Shown here piece by piece: positions 9,856 through 18,300 of a stretch of DNA of 32,242 nt. The notes below the pieces were generated by a model, which was given only the letters and a program-made list of their open reading frames with translations, had not been told where the DNA came from and made no database searches. Positions within the stretch are counted from its first letter, which is position 1, and every line of letters begins with the position of its first letter. Made by a program: the position numbers and the translations under genes. This DNA is from a virus. Its lineage: Duplodnaviria > Caudoviricetes. The stretch spans positions 1 to 32,242 of IMG/VR virus record IMGVR_UViG_3300037598_000406; one strand, 5' to 3'.

Positions 9856-10889
9856 CACTTCTCCTCCAGTAACGCTAAATACTGACTGGCTAATCGCCTC
9901 CCGGCCATCTCCGAGGACAGAAGATTTACGGCCCGATGTCTGTTGAACACCCCCATCCTCTGCTGAAGGACGGGGTCTGAGAGGATGAGCTGGAGGCGCT
10001 CGTGTAGAATATCCCACCGCCTGCATGGGATGATGAAGCCCCCCTCCGGCCTCACTATCTCGTGGAAGGCGCCGACGCCGGTGGTGATGACCGGCAGTCC
10101 CGAAGCCATAGCCTCGGTCACTGCCACCCCCCACTGCTCGACCCAGGCCCTCAGAGGGTCGTGGGAGAGGAGCGGGAGGCTCACCAGCACGAATACAGTG
10201 GCCTCCTGATAGATGCCCGGCAAATCCTCGTGGGGCACAGCCCCCAGGAAGCGGGCGCTCACCTCGTATTCCTCGGCCATCTGAGCGAAGACATCTATCC
10301 GCCCATCGCCGACGACCCAAAGCTCGGCATCCAGCCCGGCCATCGCCCAAATCAGGTCTTGGATGCCCTTCTCCAGGGTCACGCGGGCCACGGTGAGCAC
10401 TACCCTGGTATCGGGCACAAAGGGCAGTGGCGCAAACATGTCGGTATCCACCCCTGGGGAGATGACCCGGATTTTATCCTTCGGCACGCCCTCCAGCAGG
10501 AGGACGTTGGCGGCCATGCTGCTGCGGGCGATATAGAGGTCGAAGGCGCCCTGCCAGGCCAGCCCTCCCGTCTGCCTGTTCTTTCCGGGGAGGTTATCGA
10601 AGCAGGAGCACACCAGGCGCGTCCCCGGCTCGGCCCTGGACGCGCAGTACCGCGTCAGGGCATAGTGGAGGTCGGGCAGGTCTAGGATGGTCGGCTCAAG
10701 GGATAAGACCTCATCCGGGTGCTTCCAATAGACCATCTCGGCACCCTCCATCCTCTCGCCGCCCCTCAGCTCCACGGCGATGATGACCTCGGCCTCGACG
10801 CCCTCCCGCTCCAAGGCGTCGGGTAGCGATTGATAAGTCATAAGGTCATGCGGGCTAAACTTGTCAGGGCGAGCGATTACGATACGCAT
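9855..10889 (-). CDS. GT4 glycosyltransferase
   Basis: PGVDT, VARVTLEKG, EQWGVAVTEAMASGLPVI. Confidence 0.9.
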   Translation of the reverse strand: MRIVIARPDKFSPHDLMTYQSLPDALEREGVEAEVIIAVELRGGERMEGAEMVYWKHPDEVLSLEPTILDLPDLHYALTRYCASRAEPGTRLVCSCFDNLPGKNRQTGGLAWQGAFDLYIARSSMAANVLLLEGVPKDKIRVISPGVDTDMFAPLPFVPDTRVVLTVARVTLEKGIQDLIWAMAGLDAELWVVGDGRIDVFAQMAEEYEVSARFLGAVPHEDLPGIYQEATVFVLVSLPLLSHDPLRAWVEQWGVAVTEAMASGLPVITTGVGAFHEIVRPEGGFIIPCRRWDILHERLQLILSDPVLQQRMGVFNRHRAVNLLSSEMAGRRLASQYLALLEEK

Positions 10890-11590
10890 CAGGCTCCTTT
10901 CGTCCCGTTATGGCCCTCTTTGTCGGGCCGTAAGGTGAAATGATAGACGACGGCGGTGGAGTATCCCACCTTGAAGCCGGCCCGCTGGGCAGCTCGGCAA
11001 TACTCACGGTCGCTGCCGATATGGGGATAATTCTCCTCGTCCAGAAGGCCCACCTTCTCTAGCACGTCCTTGTGTATCCCCATCACGGCCCCGGTGACCC
11101 ACTCATACCAGTTACGGCAGCGCCTCGGCTCGAAGTAGCTGATATTGGGCTGCCTCATCCCGTAGTGGAAGCCCTCCCCATAAGCTCCGGCGTGGTCAAT
11201 CCTCCCATCGGCGGTGAGGGTCTTGCAGCCGACGATTCCCCACCTCAAGACCTCGGCCTGCCCCACCATAATCTCGGCCCATCCAGGCGTGACCTCGGTA
11301 TCGGAATTGAGGAGGATAAACCAATCATATCCCCCATCCTGCCGGGCCAATCTCAGGCCCTCGTTGCACGCCTGGGTGAACCAGAGACGCCTCTCCACGA
11401 GCCTTCCGGTGAGGCGATTGAAATTATCCCCTAACCAGCGGATGAGGCCCTCGGTCTCTGTATCCGTCTCCCCTGAGACGATGTAGGCGTGCCAGGGGAG
11501 ACAGGTGTGGAGATAGAGGGATTCCACACAGGCGGCCAGGTGCATGGCATCCTTATAACTGGGAATGATGATAGCGACATTTCTCACCAT
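10889..11590 (-). CDS. GT2 glycosyltransferase (rhamnosyl/GalNAc transferase-like)
   Basis: Start MVRNVAIIIPSY at 11590; ACNEG, LLNSDT, WVTGAVM, VGLLDE, SDREYCR. Confidence 0.88.
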   Translation of the reverse strand: MVRNVAIIIPSYKDAMHLAACVESLYLHTCLPWHAYIVSGETDTETEGLIRWLGDNFNRLTGRLVERRLWFTQACNEGLRLARQDGGYDWFILLNSDTEVTPGWAEIMVGQAEVLRWGIVGCKTLTADGRIDHAGAYGEGFHYGMRQPNISYFEPRRCRNWYEWVTGAVMGIHKDVLEKVGLLDEENYPHIGSDREYCRAAQRAGFKVGYSTAVVYHFTLRPDKEGHNGTKGA

Positions 11591-12555
11591 ACGAGACCCG
11601 CCTTCACCTTCTCGGCCAGCTTGATGTACTCCCCCGCCATGCGCCAGTGATTGAACCACGAGACGGAGCGGCGACACTCATAGGGATTTATCTCGTCAAT
11701 GTGGCTCAGCGCATAGGCATAATCATCGAGGCTATAGCAGATGTAGCCATTGCGCCCGCTCTGGATGTACTCCGGGAGGCACCCATTATCGCTCGCGAGC
11801 ACCGGCGTCCCGCAATGGAGTGCCTCCAGGACGATTATGGCCCCCGCCTCGACCCATCCGGTACCGCCCACCGGGTGGATTAAAGCCTTCGCCCTCATGA
11901 TAAGCTCCAGCTTCTGCTGGCCGCCCACATCCCCCATGTAGATTATCTTGTCGCTGTCGAGATGGGGCTTGATGGCGTTTCTGAAATACTCCGGCACCCA
12001 GGCAGGCCCGCAGATGATGAGCTTATGCCTGCACCTCTTCGCCACATCAATGGCGATATGGGCCTGCTTCTCCGGGATGACGCTCCCCATGTAGAGGAGA
12101 TAGTCCTCCCTCTCGCCGAGGTAGAGAGGATACTCCCCGGCGCGGATGCCATAGTAAATCACCTTCGCCTCCTCCATCTTGAGGTGGCGGCGCTGAGCAT
12201 AGGAGATGCAGACGACGTTATGGGGCCAGGAGAGGCTCATGACCTGATAGACGTTTATCGAGGGGAAGTTGGGCCAGAGCCTCGGAATCACCTTGTCGTG
12301 GCTCATGTCAATCAGGGCATCGAGCCTCTTGTGCCACTCGCCCGCCGCAAAAGCGTGGGCGAACTGACGCTCCGATAGCGTGACGGCCTCCAGCTTCCCG
12401 CCAGGCGGGGCCTTGGAGCCCTCCTTGGCGAAGAGTGTAACATTATGTTGCATTTGGGAGAGGGCGCAGCAAAGCCACCAGGCTATCCGCTCAATCCCCC
12501 CATAACGCTCAGGCGGCGTGGGTATCGCCGCCGTGGAAATCACTCCTATTTTCAT
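11584..12555 (-). CDS. GT4 glycosyltransferase
   Basis: Start MKIGVIST at 12555; PPERYGGIER, PEKQAH, EAGAIIVLEALHCGTPVL. Confidence 0.9.
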   Translation of the reverse strand: MKIGVISTAAIPTPPERYGGIERIAWWLCCALSQMQHNVTLFAKEGSKAPPGGKLEAVTLSERQFAHAFAAGEWHKRLDALIDMSHDKVIPRLWPNFPSINVYQVMSLSWPHNVVCISYAQRRHLKMEEAKVIYYGIRAGEYPLYLGEREDYLLYMGSVIPEKQAHIAIDVAKRCRHKLIICGPAWVPEYFRNAIKPHLDSDKIIYMGDVGGQQKLELIMRAKALIHPVGGTGWVEAGAIIVLEALHCGTPVLASDNGCLPEYIQSGRNGYICYSLDDYAYALSHIDEINPYECRRSVSWFNHWRMAGEYIKLAEKVKAGLVW

Positions 12556-12803
12556 CCTCCGCCCTCCCCTTTCGAGAAGGGCAGCAGTTGGTCTGCCCCC
12601 TCGTCCTCCTCGATGGCCTCGTCGCAATGGCCGGGGTCAATCAAGTCCAGCAGCCAGCAGAGCCACTGGTAAGGTGGAACTTTGTCCCTGAACTTCCCCA
12701 GCCGGGAGGAAATCGTCTCATCAGGGTCGCCGAGGAGGATTGCATTGAGAAGCTGGTCGAAAGCTGTGCATACATTTATGATATACTTCTTTATCTTACT
12801 CAT
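12552..12803 (-). CDS. Conserved small phage protein (DQxxN...DETISSRxG...C..LD..DPGHC type)
   Basis: Motif recalled from phage hypothetical proteins; GAGGTGA RBS. Confidence 0.7.
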   Translation of the reverse strand: MSKIKKYIINVCTAFDQLLNAILLGDPDETISSRLGKFRDKVPPYQWLCWLLDLIDPGHCDEAIEEDEGADQLLPFSKGEGGG

Positions 12804-12804
12804 C

Positions 12805-13107
12805 TCACCTCAGTATCTTTATACACCCTAAGAACTCTGTGCGGAAACCGAATTGACACACCAAATCTATCCTCCTGTGCCTGGTGAAGGTAATCAAAGG
12901 GCCGCGATGCCTGCCCACCACGAAGGTGAAAAACCAGGCATCGCATGGCACGTTCGGCCTATCCAGCTCTATCCGCAGCCAATACTCGCCGCTTCCCCGA
13001 TAGACCCTCTCGGATAGCTTCCAGTAAAACCTATACGTCGAGAGGAGCTTGCAGCCAGAGGCCACAAGCAGGGAAGCGATGAGCGCAATTAAGATTAGCC
13101 TTCTCAC
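12805..13107 (-). CDS. Putative lipoprotein
   Basis: GTG start at 13107 gives MRRLILIALIASLLVASG-C, a basic N-region, h-region and lipobox; coupled (GTGA) to the upstream micro-ORF. Confidence 0.6.
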   Translation of the reverse strand: MRRLILIALIASLLVASGCKLLSTYRFYWKLSERVYRGSGEYWLRIELDRPNVPCDAWFFTFVVGRHRGPLITFTRHRRIDLVCQFGFRTEFLGCIKILR

Positions 13108-13217
13108 GGCGATTTGAGGCTCAAAAACAGGAGCACTATAAAGACTGCGAGCGAGCCTAAGCCCACTCCCAAGCCGAACGCCCCGATGACCACAAACCAA
13201 CACGGAGCACCAAGCAT
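13104..13217 (-). CDS. 37-aa single-TM microprotein (not in the ORF track)
   Basis: GGAGGTGA-gat-ATG; MLGAPCWFVVIGAFGLGVGLGSLAVFIVLLFLSLKSP*; stop overlaps the lipoprotein GTG. Confidence 0.6.
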   Translation of the reverse strand: MLGAPCWFVVIGAFGLGVGLGSLAVFIVLLFLSLKSP

Positions 13218-13220
13218 ATC

Positions 13221-14003
13221 TCACCTCCCGTATTTTACTACTGGGTTGACCCAGCCCTCGTTGGGATTCTTTCCCACAATCTCGGCCAGCTCCATGTTCA
13301 CCGAGGAGGTGAATCTCTTTAGCTCCTCGGTGGTCATGGCCGCAAGCTCGTAGACGGTGGGTATCCTCCTCTCCGGGGGAGCTTTCTTATTGTAAATCCC
13401 CAGGCCATACCACTTCTTCCGCCCGATTTCATGCCATTTCATATCTAAAAGGAGCTTATTTCGGGCGGAGTAGGCATGGTAAAAAGGAGGCTTCTTGCTG
13501 TAATCCCTCGGAGGATGGAATACGCTGACACGCGGGTCAACCAACACCCGATAACCACGCCACTCTATCTCATATCCCAAGTCCAAGTCAAACCACTGCG
13601 TAAAGATAAAATCCTCATCGCACAGCACCTCTGTCTCCAGGCGGATGACGCCGGCGATGCCATCAAACCACTTCGGAAAGGGGGAGGCCAACGGCTTCCG
13701 AGGCTCTCCCTCCCTGTTCGGCCTGATGAGGCCGACCTCCGGATGGCGGGAGATGTAGTTTAACATCGTCTCAAGATACTCCTGATGAACTATCTCCACA
13801 TCGCAGTGGAGAAAGTGGACGAATGTGGCCTTCGTCATCTTGAGGACGGTGTTCCACACCCTCGGCTCGTGGTTCAGCTCCGGCCACCAATAAACCGGGA
13901 AGCCGGGGTAGAGAGACCGCAGGCGGTTCTCCAATCTCTGGGCCCTCTTCTTGTCCCATCCTAAGATGCATATAGAGCACAAAGGGCTAGGTCTCTCCGC
14001 CAT
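13221..14003 (-). CDS. GT2-like glycosyltransferase
   Basis: CSICIL N-terminal strand, HFLHCDV (xDx), DEDF...FDLDLG...GYRVLVDPRVSVFH. Confidence 0.8.
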   Translation of the reverse strand: MAERPSPLCSICILGWDKKRAQRLENRLRSLYPGFPVYWWPELNHEPRVWNTVLKMTKATFVHFLHCDVEIVHQEYLETMLNYISRHPEVGLIRPNREGEPRKPLASPFPKWFDGIAGVIRLETEVLCDEDFIFTQWFDLDLGYEIEWRGYRVLVDPRVSVFHPPRDYSKKPPFYHAYSARNKLLLDMKWHEIGRKKWYGLGIYNKKAPPERRIPTVYELAAMTTEELKRFTSSVNMELAEIVGKNPNEGWVNPVVKYGR

Positions 14004-14382
14004 ACCTCCTCTTTAACTCCTCCAGGGCCAGGCGGCGATGCTGCTCCCTGGTGAGGTCGCGTATCTTCACGCCATGAGACTCGCCGAGGTTGTAGACGCA
14101 GCACCACACCGCGCCATCGCAGCGCTCAAGGTTGCACTTATCGAAAATCGGACAGATGACGCGACACTCCAGCCGGTGCAAGCTATCGAGTAGCTCCTCG
14201 TCAGCAGCGGCGGCCCTCTCCAGCGGCTCCTGGACATAGCGGGCCAACTGGGCCAGCGACAGCCCGTCGTAGGCGCAGAGGGACAACCCATTCCGAAAAG
14301 GGGCGCCCTCCTCGAAATGGGCCTTGAGGCCCTCGTAGATGAACTTCCACACCCTCTCCAGGTCGGCCTTCTTTACCTCCAT
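13987..14382 (-). CDS. Cys-rich hypothetical protein
   Basis: Start MEVKKADLE at 14382 (GGAGG); CRVICPIFDKCNLERC...WCC cluster. Confidence 0.65.
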   Translation of the reverse strand: MEVKKADLERVWKFIYEGLKAHFEEGAPFRNGLSLCAYDGLSLAQLARYVQEPLERAAAADEELLDSLHRLECRVICPIFDKCNLERCDGAVWCCVYNLGESHGVKIRDLTREQHRRLALEELKRRYGGET

Positions 14383-14861
14383 GACGCCCACCCTCCATCG
14401 AGCACAATCTGTATCGAATATCCATACATGCCAGGGGTATTGACCAATATCCACCCCGGCGGGGCGGAAAGTGCCACCAGGCACTTTTTCCCATCCGGGC
14501 TGAGATACTCGTTCCAGGGAAGGTCGGTGCGGATATTCGATACCACGAGGTGATTGTTGTACCAAAGCTCATAGATGCGGGGAACTCCGTCGTGCAGGAA
14601 GAAAAGCTCCCCACGCTCATCGGTATTGCCCGCCCAAATATCCACAGGGGCCAGGACACCCGGCCTGTGGCTCGTCTGAAGGACGAAGCGAATATTGATG
14701 GCGGGCTTCCCATCGGGCCAGGTGGCATAGATGCGAATGTATCTATTATGCCCCTGCCTGGATGTCTGAGCATTGTATCGTGTGATTTTGACTTCCTTCA
14801 CGCCAGCGATGCCGTAGATATAGGGATTGAATTCGGGTTTATCGGTCTCGATTTTGTCCAT
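14373..14861 (-). CDS. Hypothetical protein, possible prealbumin/Ig-like beta domain
   Basis: GAGGT RBS; DGKP...TDERGELFF pattern typical of transthyretin-like beta sandwiches. Confidence 0.6.
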   Translation of the reverse strand: MDKIETDKPEFNPYIYGIAGVKEVKITRYNAQTSRQGHNRYIRIYATWPDGKPAINIRFVLQTSHRPGVLAPVDIWAGNTDERGELFFLHDGVPRIYELWYNNHLVVSNIRTDLPWNEYLSPDGKKCLVALSAPPGWILVNTPGMYGYSIQIVLDGGWASWR

Positions 14862-14882
14862 CGCAAACCTCGGCTATGAAGT

Positions 14883-14930
14883 GCTATGGGCATGGCATGG
14901 CAACAATCGCCTCTATGCCATGCCCATAGC
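14883..14930. repeat. Perfect 16-bp inverted repeat (hairpin; terminator or processing site)
   Basis: GCTATGGGCATGGCAT (14883-14898) / ATGCCATGCCCATAGC (14915-14930), intergenic. Confidence 0.8.
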
Positions 14931-14944
14931 CTTTGCCTTTAAGC

Positions 14945-14968
14945 TACTTCTCGATTTACTTCTCGATT
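14945..14968. repeat. 12-bp tandem duplication TACTTCTCGATT x2
   Basis: Directly visible, followed by a partial third copy AACTTCT. Confidence 0.8.
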
Positions 14969-15135
14969 AACTTCTGACTGGCCGCAGCCATCGTGTGGAT
15001 TTCCTCGATGATGGTCGCCAGCACTTTCTCGGCGACTGCCGCAGCAATTGCCTCCGTAGCGGCCTTTGTGCCACTCTCCCACAGGTTGTCAGTCTCCACT
15101 CCCGTGCGGACGTGAAGTTGGCTGAGGAGTTGCAT
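14956..15135 (-). CDS. 59-aa helical hypothetical protein (not in the ORF track)
   Basis: MQLLSQLHVRTGVETDNLWESGTKAATEAIAAAVAEKVLATIIEEIHTMAAASQKLIEK*; more protein-like than the overlapping frame. Confidence 0.4.
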   Translation of the reverse strand: MQLLSQLHVRTGVETDNLWESGTKAATEAIAAAVAEKVLATIIEEIHTMAAASQKLIEK

Positions 15136-15353
15136 TGTGAGCTGATGAAGCTCCTCTGATTATTATTCGCCTGATGAAATCTCAGGCTATTAAAAGATAT
15201 TGACATAGCCGCAACCGCCCGCTCCGCCTTAATCTGCTCCGCCAGAGCGATTATGCGGTTGGCAGCTTCGTGCACATCATCGTCGGTGTGTAAGTTTGAG
15301 TAGCTATCGCCACAGAGCAGGCGATAGGCGATGAGTTCAGACCAGGTGAACAT
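14967..15353 (-). CDS. Hypothetical protein (N-terminal half plausible, C-terminal half doubtful)
   Basis: AGGAGGT RBS; N-terminal helix HEAANRIIALAEQIKAERA; the tail is R/S-rich and shadow-like. Confidence 0.5.
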   Translation of the reverse strand: MFTWSELIAYRLLCGDSYSNLHTDDDVHEAANRIIALAEQIKAERAVAAMSISFNSLRFHQANNNQRSFISSQCNSSANFTSAREWRLTTCGRVAQRPLRRQLLRQSPRKCWRPSSRKSTRWLRPVRS

Positions 15354-15393
15354 AAACCTCCTAGTAGGTGATTTCTATTGTATCCGTATCGCT

Positions 15394-18300
15394 CTAATTT
15401 GGCTTTTTAATTATAACTGGCTTATAGTTACCTGGCAAAAACATGAAATCGCTCCCCGACTCAAGCGAATAATCATCATAAGTTTCCCAATTGCCGGATG
15501 TTAAATCCGTATTGGGGTCATCCGGGTCTACACAATACCCATCCTTACCCACGCCATTCCTATAACACATTGCAAAGTCGGGCGGAGTAGCTCCCGCCGC
15601 TTTCGGGTTATGATAATTGGCAAGACTTTTAGCTTCGTCAGCAGGTATTAACTCCACATAATCATTGGGCAACTTATCAGCTTCCCAGTAAATCTGCCCA
15701 GTATCTGTTGTCCAGATGACAAACAAATCTTGTCCATTCACCGTTGCACTGTAAACCTTCCACGTGCCATATACTGCCGAAGCCCCCAACGCCTCGGCCT
15801 GATTGGAAGCTCCTGTAATCTCATTGATTTCAGGAGTACCATTCAAGTAGGAAAGTGCCCAAAATGCATAATAAGATATATGATTGGCTGTTTCACTAGG
15901 GCCTCCACACCTCAACGAATATTTACACGCCCAATGGTCAATACTTGGGGCAGAAAAACTAAACCACCAAATAAATGGTACTTTATCCGCTCCTCTAGTA
16001 AGTGGAGGAATCAATTGGCGGTATAACCAACGAGCCTGTTCTCGCTCCGTTATTGCATCAAGATTGTGATACCCCGCCTCACTTACTGCCACATATTTTA
16101 TCCTATCATCTTTATATCCAATATAACCATTACTATACACTAAAGTCGATTCAGTATGATAATTAGCCAACAAAGCATCATATCCCCAAGCCTCAACAGA
16201 AGATTCCACAGGAGGAATTGCTTGACATTTCGACTCCAGTTGGTCTGGCCCCTCATTATAAAGATATGCTGTCATTTCCTCAAGGCAACCTTCCGCCCAA
16301 CAAGAAATATTAGCATAGTTGTGAATCTCCAAACCATCCATAAATGAACCCAATCCAAAATCCATAACCCGCTTTATAAATAATGGGTCAAAATAACTAC
16401 CGGCGTGCGCCCAATGCCCTCCCGTTGCAGGCAATGCCCCCTCAGAGGCAGCATACAATCCAATATAACCCCGCGCCACAAAATCCACATATTCTAGATG
16501 GTCAGGAATATTATCTGTACCACTGCCCACAACCTCACCGGGGTCATCGCAATTCCAATCTGTATTGGACTCCCCTGCCCATATATGTCCCTCATCCCGA
16601 CTGCAATCCGGGTCGCCCACATAACCATCCTCCTCATTAGAAGGACTAATTCTAACCCAATCTATTTGGTCATAATTATCATACCACTCAAAAGCACCCG
16701 CATAACAATCATTAAGCCCTTCACCCAATGGCAATCCAGCCAAGTAGTCTTGAACTTTAGTATCATTACATATATTAGTCATATCAATACGCGCCCCGCT
16801 AACAGCAACTATATCTGGATGATTAGCCAGCCAAATATTCACATCATCAGGGCTTGTTGGTTCCCATAACCCAGTATCCAATGTGCCCGCACCAATAGCA
16901 TAAATTTCATCATAGCCATCAGGGTCTCCCCAAAATCCTGAAAGCGCTCCGTAAGGCAACCTCTCTCCATAGCTCGTAGGCATTGACCACTTCTTCTTCA
17001 CCCAACTTATCTCCAACTTCGCCGCATCCTCTGGATACGCGTCATACGGCTCTACCACAGCATAATTCGATGCACTCCCAGGCTTCGGGCGGATTAGTAT
17101 AACCAACGAGTCATACTTATCCCAATCAGCCCGCCCAACGGCTTCCTGGATTATCACCGCTAAGTTAGGCGAAGTCACAACGCCAGTGCTATCTATCGTC
17201 CACTCCACCCATAGCCCGCAATAATCCTGAGAAGCCTCGGATAGGGCATCGCAATAGCCCGCTATATCGTCGGGATATTTGTCTATCAGCCTTTGAGCGA
17301 TTGTATTTCCCGTGTTGAAGTCCTTAGTGCTTAGGGCATTGACCGAATCTTCCGTGAAGACTTCGACGGTTATTCCCTCAGTGGCATTGATATAGCTAAC
17401 ATCCAAAATCAGGCGGGCGTCTGTAATAACCGAGCCATACTCTAAGGGAACATAACGGAATAGGAAGCCTGCAAAGTACTCCCTTCCTTGATAATCAAAA
17501 CCGAGGCGCACAGTGCTCGAATTATAGACATTTGCTCCATCCTCGTTTACGTGATAAGCATCATCCCAGCCCTGAATGCCATCCTTGTCGTAATAGTCGC
17601 CAACTTGCAGCCGCAAGGGGCGGTTGGGATTAACCTCACCCCAGCGAGCCGAGACCGTCATTATATCAATGACTGTAATGTCACAATCCCCATCGTAATC
17701 CGCATCCACATCATACCCTGGGTCGCATTTCGTGCAATTTGGATATTCGCCTTCCTCACAGTCAAGATTCCATCTAGCGGCCACGCGCATAACGTCAAAT
17801 ACGTCAACCTCGCCATCACATTCAGAGTATGGGTCAACCTCGCCAGAACTATTGTCCCAGGGGAAGTCGGGGTCACAGCGCACAAAGTCGCTGGTATGCC
17901 CCGCATCCATCTCCACATCCAATAAGATGGGGGTAAAGTTTCCAGTTGTCTTGGCTGTTACCGTAAAGGTCGCGAGAGTGCCCCATCCAGTAACATCGGC
18001 TTGCGTCGAATAAGCGCCGAAGCTGCCATATCCCGCCGCATTATCTATATCCGTCCCTGCCTCAACGGCACTATTGATAAACCCTCCATCTGCAATATCA
18101 TCAATCGTCACCTGGCTTGTATCTGCCCCAATCAATACCTCGTAGGCATCAATAGCATCCACCTGATTCTTTACTATTATATCGAAGGTATATGTATTGC
18201 CTGCCACCACATCCCGATTGGGGGGATATATCAAGACGAGCGATTCCTTCTCAGGGCCCACAGAGTAGAACCCCGAAGGATTAGCCATATTGTTGTATAG

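Noticed and set aside
9103-12627. Long N-terminal extensions given in the ORF track (starts 10350, 11677, 12627; likewise 2979, 14565, 20195, 25123)
   Set aside because: They overlap upstream genes or the RNA element; downstream starts have SDs and begin at the domain boundary.
5896-14003. Host EPS/LPS locus flanking a prophage
   Set aside because: Interleaved with phage-type genes (Com-like, DETISSR protein), lacks transport and nucleotide-sugar genes, and shares the same restriction-site avoidance as the phage core.
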